In this document: piece after piece, positions 26,092 to 34,479 of the stretch | How the letters are laid out: each line of letters opens with the position of its first letter | Numbering within the stretch: the stretch's first letter is position 1 | Assembly: GCA_013178305.1 (NCBI GenBank) | Contig: JABLXB010000006.1 | Location: forward strand, 25,921-89,920 | Source: Bacillota bacterium | GTDB taxonomy: Bacteria; Bacillota; Sulfobacillia; JABLXB01 | DNA length: 64,000 nt | Reading direction: 5' to 3' | Notes under the pieces: model-generated | Databases searched by the model: none | What the model saw: the letters and a program-made list of their open reading frames with translations, nothing else | Told to the model about the DNA's origin: nothing | Position numbers and translations under genes: made by a program

Positions 26092-28185
26092 ATGGCAGAT
26101 AGCGCAACCGCGGCCGCGGCTGTGACCGCGACTCAGGGCCGCGTGAACCTGAACGGCCGGCTGGTACCCATCAGGGGCGAGAGAAATGTGCTCGAGCTGG
26201 CCAGGAACAATGGAATTGAGATCCCGTCGTTCTGCTACCACTCGGAGCTCAGCGTTTACGGGGCGTGCAGGATGTGTCTCGTGGAGGTAGACGGAATGGG
26301 CCTCCAGGCGTCGTGCTCCATCGAGCCGCGCGAGGGCATGGTCATCAGGACGAACACGGAGCAGGCGCAGAAGATACGCAAGATGATCCTGGAGCTCATC
26401 CTGGCGGAACACGACAGGGAGTGCACGACCTGCGGTAAGAACTGGCAGTGCAAGCTGCAGCGGCTGGCCGACCAGGTGGGCGTCTCGACGATAAGGTACG
26501 GCGGGAAGCCGGCGGATGGCAGCCCCGCGGCCAGGGCTCAGTTCGCGATGGACACGAGCAGCCCGTCCATCGTCAGGGACCCGAAGAAGTGCATCCTGTG
26601 CGGTGACTGCGTGAGGATGTGCCGCGAGGTCCAGGGCGTCGGCGTGCTCGAGTTCGCGCACCGCGGCCCGAAGACTGCCGTCGTACCGGCGTTCGGGAAG
26701 AATCTGGCGGACGTCGAGTGCATCAACTGTGGCCAGTGCGTGGCCGTGTGCCCCACGGGCGCGCTCACGGCGAAGCCCGAGATAGACAGGGTGTGGGGCG
26801 CCATACACGACCCGTCGAAGACGGTGGTCGTGCAGATAGCCCCCGCTGTCCGAGTGGCGCTCGGCGAGGAGTTCGGCCTGCCGGCGGGCGAGGCGGCCAC
26901 CGGCAAGATAGCCAGCGCGCTCAGGATGATAGGCGTGGACAAGGTGTTCGACACAGTGTTCACCGCCGACATGACGGCACTTGAGGAGACGCTCGAGTTC
27001 CTCGAGAGGAAGAGCGGCGGCGGCAGACTCCCGATATTCACGTCGTGCTGCCCGGGCTGGGTGAAGTACTGCGAGCAGTTCCACCCCGAACTCCTGGACA
27101 ACCTGTCGACGTGCAGGTCGCCGCAGCAGATGTTCGGTGCGCTGGTGAAGAAGTTCTACGCGAAGAAGCTCGGCAAGAGCCCGAAGGAGGTGTTCGTGGT
27201 CTCTATCATGCCCTGCACCGCCAAGAAGTTCGAGGCGCAGCGGCCAGAATTCACTACGGAGGATTCGCGCGATGTCGACGCCGTGCTGACAACGGTGGAG
27301 GCGGCGGCAATGTTCAAGCAGGCCGGTATACTGTTTGACGCGATCGAACCTTCGGCGCTCGACGCCCCGTTCGGCATGGTGAGCGGCGCAGGCGTGATTT
27401 TCGGCGCGAGCGGCGGCGTGATGGAGGCTGTTGTGAGGACGGCGTACGCCCTCACGACCGGCGGGGATCTCGGTGACATCGAGTACGAGCCGGTTCGCGG
27501 GCTGGACGGCATCAAGAAGGCCGGGGTCCAGCTAGGCTCCCAGAAGATCCGGATGGCCGTGGTGTCAGGCCTCTCGAATGCTGAGCGGCTGATCGAGGCG
27601 ATCGAGGACGGTAGCGAATCGTACGACGCCGTGGAGGTCATGGCCTGCCCCGGCGGGTGCGTCGGCGGCGGGGGACAACCGGTGTCGAGCGGCGCGCAGC
27701 CGCTGGCGGTAGCGGGCGGGCGTAAGGCGCAGAGGATCTCCGGTTTGTACTCGATAGACCGCGAACTCCAGATAAAGAATCCAAAGGAGAACCCCTTCCT
27801 GGACAAGGTATACGCCGAGTGGCTCGGGAAGCCCGGCGGGGAGGTGGCGCATCACGCGCTGCACACCCACTACGTACACCGCAAGAGGATCAAGGAAGAG
27901 CGCATCGCGGGAATACTGCGGTCGACCGAGCCGGATGCGGTGGACGTCTCGGTGTGTGTCGGGACAGGCTGCTTCCTGAAGGGGTCCTACGACGTGCTCG
28001 ACAGGTTCCTCGGCGCGGCGAAGAAGAACGGCGTGGAGAAGAAGGTCAACCTCCAGGCGACGTTCTGCCTGGAGCGCTGTGGTGAGGGTGTTAGCGTGAA
28101 AGTGAACGACGAAATCATTACAGGTGTCAACAAAGCGAACGCCGAATCCGTGTTCGCCGATAATGTGCTGTCGCGGTTGAAGTGA
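26092..28185 (+). CDS. hydA: [FeFe]-hydrogenase catalytic subunit with C-terminal thioredoxin-like 2Fe-2S domain
   Basis: N-terminal 2Fe-2S and accessory Fe-S motifs. H-cluster motifs TSCCPGWV, MPCTAKKFE, EVMACPGGCVGGGGQP. C-terminal VCVGTGCFLKGS..FCLERCGEG. Confidence 0.9.
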   Translation: MADSATAAAAVTATQGRVNLNGRLVPIRGERNVLELARNNGIEIPSFCYHSELSVYGACRMCLVEVDGMGLQASCSIEPREGMVIRTNTEQAQKIRKMILELILAEHDRECTTCGKNWQCKLQRLADQVGVSTIRYGGKPADGSPAARAQFAMDTSSPSIVRDPKKCILCGDCVRMCREVQGVGVLEFAHRGPKTAVVPAFGKNLADVECINCGQCVAVCPTGALTAKPEIDRVWGAIHDPSKTVVVQIAPAVRVALGEEFGLPAGEAATGKIASALRMIGVDKVFDTVFTADMTALEETLEFLERKSGGGRLPIFTSCCPGWVKYCEQFHPELLDNLSTCRSPQQMFGALVKKFYAKKLGKSPKEVFVVSIMPCTAKKFEAQRPEFTTEDSRDVDAVLTTVEAAAMFKQAGILFDAIEPSALDAPFGMVSGAGVIFGASGGVMEAVVRTAYALTTGGDLGDIEYEPVRGLDGIKKAGVQLGSQKIRMAVVSGLSNAERLIEAIEDGSESYDAVEVMACPGGCVGGGGQPVSSGAQPLAVAGGRKAQRISGLYSIDRELQIKNPKENPFLDKVYAEWLGKPGGEVAHHALHTHYVHRKRIKEERIAGILRSTEPDAVDVSVCVGTGCFLKGSYDVLDRFLGAAKKNGVEKKVNLQATFCLERCGEGVSVKVNDEIITGVNKANAESVFADNVLSRLK

Positions 28186-28196
28186 CACAGGGCTGA

Positions 28197-28235
28197 GGCT
28201 GGGCAGGGACGCAGGGCGAGTGCGCCTGCCCAGCC
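28197..28235 (+). other. Intercistronic 11-bp perfect hairpin between hydA and the small ferredoxin gene
   Basis: GGCTGGGCAGG, 17-nt loop, CCTGCCCAGCC. No U tract. Confidence 0.45.
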
Positions 28236-28264
28236 CGGCGCCTACCCGGGGGATGTGATACGGG

Positions 28265-28522
28265 TTGGTGACAATCGAGATCTGCATGGGTAGCTCGTGT
28301 TTCCTCAGGGGCTCGGGAGAGATCGTGGAGATCTTGAAGAAGCTCCTCGCTTCGCGCGGCCTGGAGCACAGGGTCGTGCTCAAGGGGAGCTTCTGCATGG
28401 AACGCTGCACCAACGGCGTTACGTTGAAGATCGGGGACAAGGTATTCACGCAGGTACACAAGGAAGATGTCGAGGGGTTGTTCCAGGGCGAGGTCCTGCC
28501 TGCCCTGGAACTCGGCTCGTGA
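28265..28522 (+). CDS. Small thioredoxin-like [2Fe-2S] ferredoxin (85 aa)
   Basis: Cys pattern CMGSSCFLRGS..FCMERCTNG parallels the C-terminal domain of HydA. Stop overlaps the next gene's start (GTGA). Confidence 0.75.
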   Translation: MVTIEICMGSSCFLRGSGEIVEILKKLLASRGLEHRVVLKGSFCMERCTNGVTLKIGDKVFTQVHKEDVEGLFQGEVLPALELGS

Positions 28523-30282
28523 AGCCGGGGGGTGATCCTGTGCCCGTAATCAGCACCATTGAAGCGCGGTGCAAGGACTGCTACAGGTGTCTCAGGTCCT
28601 GCCCCGTGAAGGCGATACGGTTCGTGGGGGGCTCGTCCAAGTCCGAGCTCAGGGCCAAGGTCATGGGCGAGCGATGTGTGCTGTGCGGGACGTGCCTCCT
28701 CGTCTGCCCCCAGAAAGCGAAGAAGGTCCGCCCCGACGTCGACAAGGTCAAGGATCTGATCCGCAACGGCCGCGAGGTCATCGCGAGCCTGGCGCCGTCG
28801 TTCGCCGGCGCGTTCGTGAGCGAACGCCACGGGCGCGTGGTGTCAGCCCTGAGGAAGCTCGGCTTCAGCAGGGTGGAGGAGACCGCGTACGCGGCGGGTC
28901 CCGTGGCGGAGGAGCACGCTTGTACTGCGGGGGATGTCCCCCCGCCGTCGATAACCAGCTCCTGCCCTGTCATAGTCAACCTCATCGAGATGTATTACCC
29001 CGGAGTGATGCCGCACCTTGCGCCGGTGGTTTCGCCTATGGTCGGCCACGCGCGCTACCTGAAAGCGGCGCACCCCGGTTCCGCTGTCGTCTTCGTGGGA
29101 CCCTGCGTCGCAAAGAAGGAAGAGGCCGAGCCCAGTGGCGAGGTCGACGCAGCCCTCACTTTCGCCGAACTCGCCGACTGGCTGCGGCAGGAGCACGTCG
29201 ACGTATCGTCGCTCGATGAATCGTCGTTCGACGGCCCTGCGCCGGACGTATCACGGCTGTTCCCGCTGGACGGCGGGCTCTTGAAAACGGCTGCCCTGCC
29301 CACCGACATGCTGTCGGAGGAATACCGCGTAGTAACCGGGCTCGACAACTGCATGCAGTTCCTGCAGGAGGTCAGGTCCGGCGGCGACTCCGTGAAGCGG
29401 ATGAAGATGGTCGAGATGCTTGCCTGCGCGGGCGGGTGCATCTCAGGCCCTGGACTCGTTACATGCGAAGGCGTGGAGCCGGACTCGAACTCGAGACGCC
29501 GCGCGGTACTGCAGTATTACCACGCCCGCTCGGGCGCCGGAGCCGTGGCCGGTGAAAACAGCGAAAGCGATGTTCGGCCCGAGATCGACCTCCGGCGGGG
29601 CTACTCCGACCGGAGACCCGATACGCTGGCCCCGGACGAAGTCACGATCCGCGGCATCCTCGCCCAGACAGGGAAGATGGGCCCGGACGACGAGCTGAAT
29701 TGCGGCGCGTGCGGGTACGGTTCCTGCCGCGAGAAAGCGGTCGCGGTGTTCCACGGCTTCGCGGACATCCAGATGTGCATGCCGTACATGCGCGAGCGCG
29801 CCGAATCCATGTCCAATGTTATCATATCGACCACCCCGAACGGGATCATCGTCGTCAACCCGAGGCTTGACGTTGTCGAGGTCAACCGTGCGGCTGAGGC
29901 GATGTTCGGTTGCAGCGCTCAAAAGGTTGTCGGCAAACCCCTGTCGACTATCATCGACCCGTCCAACTTTGAGAAGGCGCTCGAGACAAAGAGGCTGCTC
30001 AGGGTGAGAGTAGGGTACCCTGAGTACTCGCTGAACACCGACCAGTCGATCTTCTACGTGGACAAGGAAAACGTGGTCATCGGCATATTCGTGGACAGGA
30101 CCGAAGAGGCAAAGCGGCGCAGCGAGGAACAGAAGACGCGGCAGTCTGTCGTGAGCCGAGCGCAGGAGGTCATCGACAAGCAGATGAAGGTCGCCCAGGA
30201 GATCGCGGGCCTGCTTGGCGAGACCACCGCCGAGACTAAGGTCCTGCTCACCAGGTTGATTGAATTGATGCAGAAGGAATGA
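28519..30282 (+). CDS. hydS: Sensory [FeFe]-hydrogenase-like protein with PAS domain (HydS, group C type)
   Basis: GTG 28519 (or 28540); the 661-aa track ORF over-extends into the previous gene. Two N-terminal ferredoxin motifs. Altered H-cluster motifs TSSCPV, GPCVAKKEE, EMLACAGGCISGPG. Extra CGACGYGSC. C-terminal PAS-like IIVVNPRLDVVEVNRAAEAMFG. Confidence 0.8.
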   Translation: MKPGGDPVPVISTIEARCKDCYRCLRSCPVKAIRFVGGSSKSELRAKVMGERCVLCGTCLLVCPQKAKKVRPDVDKVKDLIRNGREVIASLAPSFAGAFVSERHGRVVSALRKLGFSRVEETAYAAGPVAEEHACTAGDVPPPSITSSCPVIVNLIEMYYPGVMPHLAPVVSPMVGHARYLKAAHPGSAVVFVGPCVAKKEEAEPSGEVDAALTFAELADWLRQEHVDVSSLDESSFDGPAPDVSRLFPLDGGLLKTAALPTDMLSEEYRVVTGLDNCMQFLQEVRSGGDSVKRMKMVEMLACAGGCISGPGLVTCEGVEPDSNSRRRAVLQYYHARSGAGAVAGENSESDVRPEIDLRRGYSDRRPDTLAPDEVTIRGILAQTGKMGPDDELNCGACGYGSCREKAVAVFHGFADIQMCMPYMRERAESMSNVIISTTPNGIIVVNPRLDVVEVNRAAEAMFGCSAQKVVGKPLSTIIDPSNFEKALETKRLLRVRVGYPEYSLNTDQSIFYVDKENVVIGIFVDRTEEAKRRSEEQKTRQSVVSRAQEVIDKQMKVAQEIAGLLGETTAETKVLLTRLIELMQKE

Positions 30283-31454
30283 GCAAGATGCCAGCGCGGC
30301 CGGAAGGGCTGTTCATCGAGATCGGGAAGTCCCAACTGAATAAGGCTGGCGAGGAGCTCTGCGGGGACTCGATCGACATCAGCCACACCGCCGACTCGAC
30401 CATCGTCATCGTGTCGGACGGCCTCGGGAGCGGCGTCAAAGCCAACATCCTGTCCTCTCTGACGACGAGGATAGCCTCGACGATGCTCAAGAGCGGTTGC
30501 AAGATCGACGAGGTCATCGGGACGCTGGCATCGACGCTTCCGGTCTGTAAGGTGAGGCACCTCGCATACAGCACGTTCAGCATCTTGCAGATATTCAAGG
30601 ATGGAAGGGCATACCTGGCCGAATACGACAATCCCGCCGTGTTTGCCGGTGGCAAGAACGGCTCCCCGCCGCTGTCGTTCAATGAGAGGAAAGTCGGGGA
30701 GAGGAGCATCAGGGAAACGTATTTCACGGTGGACGACGGCGACTGGCTGTGCCTTGTGAGTGACGGCGTGCTGCACGCCGGCATCGGCGGGATCTGGAAT
30801 CTGGGCTGGGGCTGGGACAGGGTAGGCGCCTACGTGCAGCAGCTCGCCACCAAGGACCTTCCCGCGGAGGAGTTCGCCGCGGAAATCACCGCACTGTGCA
30901 AGAAGCTCTACGGCGGCAAGCCCGGTGACGACGCTTCCGCCGTGGTGGTCAGAATCCGCGCGCCACGAACGGTGACCGTGCTTGTCGGGCCACCGAGGGA
31001 GCCGGCCGACGACCCGAAGGTGGTAGCGAAGCTCGCGCGGGCGCCGGGGAAGAAGGTCGTCTGCGGCGGCACCACGGGGAACATGGTCGCACGCGTCCTC
31101 GGAAAGAAGATCGAGGTGGACCTGGGCTGCGCCGATGGCGAAGTCCCGCCGATCGGCGTCATCGAGGGCATCGACCTGGTCACCGAGGGGATGCTTACCC
31201 TCGTCAGGGTACTCAACAATCTGAAGGAAGGCGTGCCCCTGTCGAGGATGTTCTTCAACACTGACGGCGCCAGCATCTTGACGGTGACTCTTCTCCAATC
31301 GGACAGGGTTCATTTCATAGTCGGGAGGGCGATAAACCCCGCGCACCAGAGTCCCGGGGTTCCGCCGCTCCTGGCGCTGAAGCCGCAGATCATCGACGAT
31401 ATCGTGAGGCATCTCAGGCGGCTCGGCAAGCGGGTGACAGTGGAGTACCATTAG
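30279..31454 (+). CDS. PP2C/SpoIIE-family serine phosphatase with uncharacterised C-terminal domain
   Basis: ATGA overlap with hydS. SpoIIE-type motifs AGEELCGDS, VIVSDGLGSGVKA, LVSDGVLHAG. The ~170-aa C-terminal domain has no family I recognise. Confidence 0.8.
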   Translation: MSKMPARPEGLFIEIGKSQLNKAGEELCGDSIDISHTADSTIVIVSDGLGSGVKANILSSLTTRIASTMLKSGCKIDEVIGTLASTLPVCKVRHLAYSTFSILQIFKDGRAYLAEYDNPAVFAGGKNGSPPLSFNERKVGERSIRETYFTVDDGDWLCLVSDGVLHAGIGGIWNLGWGWDRVGAYVQQLATKDLPAEEFAAEITALCKKLYGGKPGDDASAVVVRIRAPRTVTVLVGPPREPADDPKVVAKLARAPGKKVVCGGTTGNMVARVLGKKIEVDLGCADGEVPPIGVIEGIDLVTEGMLTLVRVLNNLKEGVPLSRMFFNTDGASILTVTLLQSDRVHFIVGRAINPAHQSPGVPPLLALKPQIIDDIVRHLRRLGKRVTVEYH

Positions 31455-31531
31455 AGGCCCGCCGGCGAGCCGAGCCCTGGCTCATTCGTGGACAGGTTTC
31501 GGGTAACCTCAACTCCAGGTACCCTTTGAAC

Positions 31532-31565
31532 GCAGGAGACTACCCCCTCCTGCATTTTCTTTTTG
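31532..31565 (+). terminator. Rho-independent terminator of the hydrogenase/HydS/PP2C operon
   Basis: GCAGGAG, 8-nt loop, CTCCTGC, followed by ATTTTCTTTTT. Confidence 0.75.
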
Positions 31566-31679
31566 GAGGACGTCCGGCGCCGGCCAGGGCGTCCCGGCGG
31601 ATCGTACGGTGGGGCCGCGGAGGGGGCGGCCCAAGGCAAAACCGCAGGTGCGCTGCTGTATTACTGGGTTTCCGTGGTT

Positions 31680-31708
31680 TTGACAATGGGTGCCGGCCGT
31701 GCTATCAT
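31680..31708 (+). promoter_or_regulatory. Sigma-A-type promoter for tRNA-Pro
   Basis: TTGACA, 17 nt, TATCAT. The -10 element ends 30 nt upstream of the tRNA 5' end. Confidence 0.6.
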
Positions 31709-31737
31709 AGTCGTGCGTGTTGCGCAATATGGAGCGT

Positions 31738-31815
31738 CGGGCTGTAGCGCAGTTTGGCTAGCGCGCCTGAATGGGGTTCAGGAGGTCCCGAGTTCAAGTC
31801 TCGGCAGCCCGACCA
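31738..31815 (+). tRNA. tRNA-Pro (anticodon GGG), CCA encoded
   Basis: Hand-folded cloverleaf. Acceptor CGGGCUG/CAGCCCG. D stem GCGC/GCGC. Anticodon stem CCUGA/UCAGG with loop AUGGGGU (G37 as expected for Pro). T arm CCGAG-UUCAAGU-CUCGG. Discriminator A plus CCA. Confidence 0.9.
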
Positions 31816-31825
31816 TGAAGAATTT

Positions 31826-31854
31826 GAGCCGCAGCCATTGCGGCTCTTTTGTTT
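31826..31854 (+). terminator. Rho-independent terminator after tRNA-Pro
   Basis: GAGCCGCA, 5-nt loop, TGCGGCTC, followed by TTTTGTTT. Confidence 0.8.
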
Positions 31855-32254
31855 GATACACGCTCGTTGGTAAATATACTGTTGGCCCCTTTGCCTGCCC
31901 AAGATCGCAGAGGTCCAGAAAGGATAACATTTTCCCCGGAGGGGCTAGTTGCATCGTCGCAGAGGACAGCCACCTCAGCGCAGTAAAGGATTCTCCAGTT
32001 CCAGAACGAGGTTGTCTTTCGGTTCCGGGAGCCGCGCGGGATGGAGCGTGGGACGAAGACGGATCAGTGGACAGTAGTGCCAGCGCGCCACCAAGACAAA
32101 TCCGCGCCCGGATGAGGATCCCTAGAAGGAATTCCTCGGGGGGTAACGAACTATTTCACAAACCCAATTAAGTCCTGCGCATGGACTGATGACCGCGGGT
32201 CATCTGGAGATGCGAAACGGCAATTCACCTGTCAGTCCGGATCCGTCGGTCCGG

Positions 32255-32321
32255 CGCTACGCAGGCGAAAACCCCGCAAACAGCAGGACCTCTTCAGTGA
32301 GGTGATGCGTAGCGGGGTTTT
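32255..32321 (+). promoter_or_regulatory. Structured leader element (pseudoknot-capable / terminator-like) upstream of the DUF3870 gene
   Basis: CGCTACGCA (32255-63) is complementary to TGCGTAGCG (32306-14). AAAACCCCGC (32268-77) is complementary to GCGGGGTTTT (32312-21), followed by GTTG. Nested hairpin ACCTC-ttcagt-GAGGT (32288-32303). Confidence 0.4.
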
Positions 32322-32365
32322 GTTGCAGTGATGGCCGGCTTTGGGAATATCGGGGGGATGGATGA

Positions 32366-32728
32366 ATGGGTTTTGGGGCGTCGGGTCCAACGGAGTCGCG
32401 GACCATTTTCGTCACTGGATACGCCCGGATTCCCGAGGGGATCACAGCAAACCAGCTGTACAAGGTTCTGGGCATCGGGGTGGAGATAGACCCAAGGACG
32501 GAAGTCATAATCGATGCCGACTGCACCCTCGCGACAACGGTTGGCAAGAGCTTCTTCAAGAAGCTGGTCGTGGGCTACGACCTGGGCGTCGGGATCGAGC
32601 CGCTCGTGCAGAGGTTCGAGCGGAGATATCACGGCTCAGCGCAAAAAGCCATCATAGCGGCCTTGCGGGTAATCGAACAGCGGTACATAGCGTACAAGAC
32701 GGGTTGCCCTGTCGAGGAAGAGGAATGA
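32366..32728 (+). CDS. DUF3870-family protein
   Basis: 120 aa. IFVTGYARIPEGITANQLYKVLGIGVEIDP..IIDADCTLATTV..RRYHGSAQKAIIAAL matches my recollection of DUF3870 proteins. GGGGGGA RBS. Confidence 0.7.
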   Translation: MGFGASGPTESRTIFVTGYARIPEGITANQLYKVLGIGVEIDPRTEVIIDADCTLATTVGKSFFKKLVVGYDLGVGIEPLVQRFERRYHGSAQKAIIAALRVIEQRYIAYKTGCPVEEEE

Positions 32729-32858
32729 GATAAGCTGGTAATCTGGTAAGCCGGCGTACAAGGGCATAACGTTGATTGGGGAACCTGCTCGCTTCGGCGG
32801 GACAGCGACCTGTGATCACGATGTCAGCCTCAAGGGCGGATGCGCCCCCACGGCGACA

Positions 32859-32900
32859 AACCTGATCTCACCTTGAATGGTGCGGGTCAGGTTTTTGTTT
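32859..32900 (+). terminator. Intrinsic terminator/attenuator between the DUF3870 gene and the CoA-transferase gene
   Basis: AACCTGA..(inner CACC-ttgaat-GGTG)..TCAGGTT, followed by TTTTGTTT. Confidence 0.55.
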
Positions 32901-32926
32901 GATAACAACTTCAGGGAGGCATGAGC

Positions 32927-34435
32927 ATGACGTCTGACCTGAGCGACAGGATCAAGTGCCGAAGACTCCTGGGTAAGGTTGTGACGGCGCAGGAAGCCGC
33001 GGATCTCGTCCGGGACGGCATGACCATCGGCGCCAGCGGGTTCACTCCAGCCGGTTACCCCAAGGCTGTGCCGCTGGCTCTGGCGGAGAGAGTGAAGCGC
33101 ACGGGCGAGAAACTCAAGGTCAACCTTCTGACGGGGGCTTCGGTTGGTCCCGAGCTCGACGGCTCACTGGTCACCGCGGGGGTCGTGCGGAAGCGGATGC
33201 CGTACCAGACCACCAACGCGATGAGGGATGCCATCAACAAGGGTGACGTGCTGTATCTCGACGAGCACCTCAGCCACGTCGCCCAGCGGTGCAGGTACGG
33301 GTTCTACGGCCCGCTCGACATGGCCATCATCGAGGCAGTCAAGATCACCGAGGACGGGCACATCATTCCGTCCACGTCGGTCGGCAACTCGCCCACCTTT
33401 GTGAAGCAGGCGAAGCAGGTGATCGTGGAAATCAACACCAGCCAGCCGTTGGATCTGGCCGGCATGCACGACATATATATACCGGATGATCCGCCCGCAA
33501 GGAAGCCCATCCCCATCACATCTCCGGAGCAGCGGATAGGCACCGAGTACATCCCCTGCGGCCCCGACAAGATAGCCGCTATCGTGGTCACGGACATAAA
33601 GGACAACGTGAGGCCCCTGGCTCCCATCGACGACGTGGCGAGGGCGATCGCGGGGCACCTCGTGGAATTCTTCGAGCACGAAGTGGAAATAGGCAGGCTG
33701 CCGCCGAGGCTTCTTCCTCTCCAGTCCGGCGTGGGTAGTGTCGCGAACGCGGTCCTTGCGGGCCTCCTGGACTCCAAGTTCACCGGCATGACATTCTATT
33801 CAGAAGTCATCCAGGACTCCGCGCTGGATCTCCTGGACGCAGGGAAGTTCACGATCGCGTCCGGCACCTCGCTCACACCCTCGCCCGAAAGGCTCCCACT
33901 CATGTACTCAAAGATGAACCAGTACAGGAAGCAGATCATCCTGAGGCCACAGGAGATCTCGAACAACCCCGAGGTCGTGCGCCGGCTCGGCAGCATCGCG
34001 ATGAACACCGCGATCGAGTGCGATATCTACGGGAATGTCAACTCCACCAGCATCCTCGGGACCAGGATGATGAACGGTATCGGCGGGTCCGGCGATTTCT
34101 CCAGGAACGCCTACCTGACGATCTTCTCGACCGAGTCGGTCGCCAAGAACGGGGCGATTTCGTCGATTGTCCCGATGTGCTCGCACGTCGACCACACGGA
34201 GCACGAGGTGCACGTGGTAGTGACGGAGCAGGGGCTCGCGGACCTGAGGGGCCTGTCGCCGAAGGAGAAGGCCAGGGTCATCATCGACAACTGCGCGCAC
34301 CCCGAGTACAGGGCACTTCTGAGGGAGTACCTGGACGCCGCGGTGAAGGCGGGCGGCCACACGCCGCACATCCTGAAGGAAGCGCTGTCGTGGCACGTCA
34401 AGTTCATTGAGTCCGGAGATATGCGGAAGCGCTGA
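32927..34435 (+). CDS. Acetyl-CoA hydrolase/transferase family protein (succinyl-CoA:acetate CoA-transferase-like)
   Basis: ATG 32927 lies 7 nt after AGGGAGG; ATG 32921 is too close to the RBS. ~502 aa. Family segments GASGFTPAGYPKAVP, LQSGVGSVANAVL, NGIGGSGDFSRNA. Confidence 0.9.
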   Translation: MTSDLSDRIKCRRLLGKVVTAQEAADLVRDGMTIGASGFTPAGYPKAVPLALAERVKRTGEKLKVNLLTGASVGPELDGSLVTAGVVRKRMPYQTTNAMRDAINKGDVLYLDEHLSHVAQRCRYGFYGPLDMAIIEAVKITEDGHIIPSTSVGNSPTFVKQAKQVIVEINTSQPLDLAGMHDIYIPDDPPARKPIPITSPEQRIGTEYIPCGPDKIAAIVVTDIKDNVRPLAPIDDVARAIAGHLVEFFEHEVEIGRLPPRLLPLQSGVGSVANAVLAGLLDSKFTGMTFYSEVIQDSALDLLDAGKFTIASGTSLTPSPERLPLMYSKMNQYRKQIILRPQEISNNPEVVRRLGSIAMNTAIECDIYGNVNSTSILGTRMMNGIGGSGDFSRNAYLTIFSTESVAKNGAISSIVPMCSHVDHTEHEVHVVVTEQGLADLRGLSPKEKARVIIDNCAHPEYRALLREYLDAAVKAGGHTPHILKEALSWHVKFIESGDMRKR

Positions 34436-34479
34436 GGCGCTTTCGCTTCATCTCAAATTAAATCAGGGGAGGGGTCTCA

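Noticed and set aside
28297-28518. The N-terminal 74 codons of the 661-aa track ORF for HydS.
   Set aside because: This stretch overlaps the well-supported 85-aa 2Fe-2S ferredoxin gene in another frame and translates to Arg/Gly-rich sequence. The conserved ferredoxin-like N-terminus of HydS begins right after GTG 28519/28540.
31847-32904. An identical 12-mer, TTTTGTTTGATA, after the tRNA-Pro terminator (31847) and after the attenuator at 32893. It could be the direct repeats of a tRNA-targeted insertion bracketing the DUF3870 gene.
   Set aside because: Both copies are simply the U-tails of intrinsic terminators, and exact 12-mers are not rare among all position pairs in 64 kb. There is no integrase, and the repeat does not overlap the tRNA 3' end.
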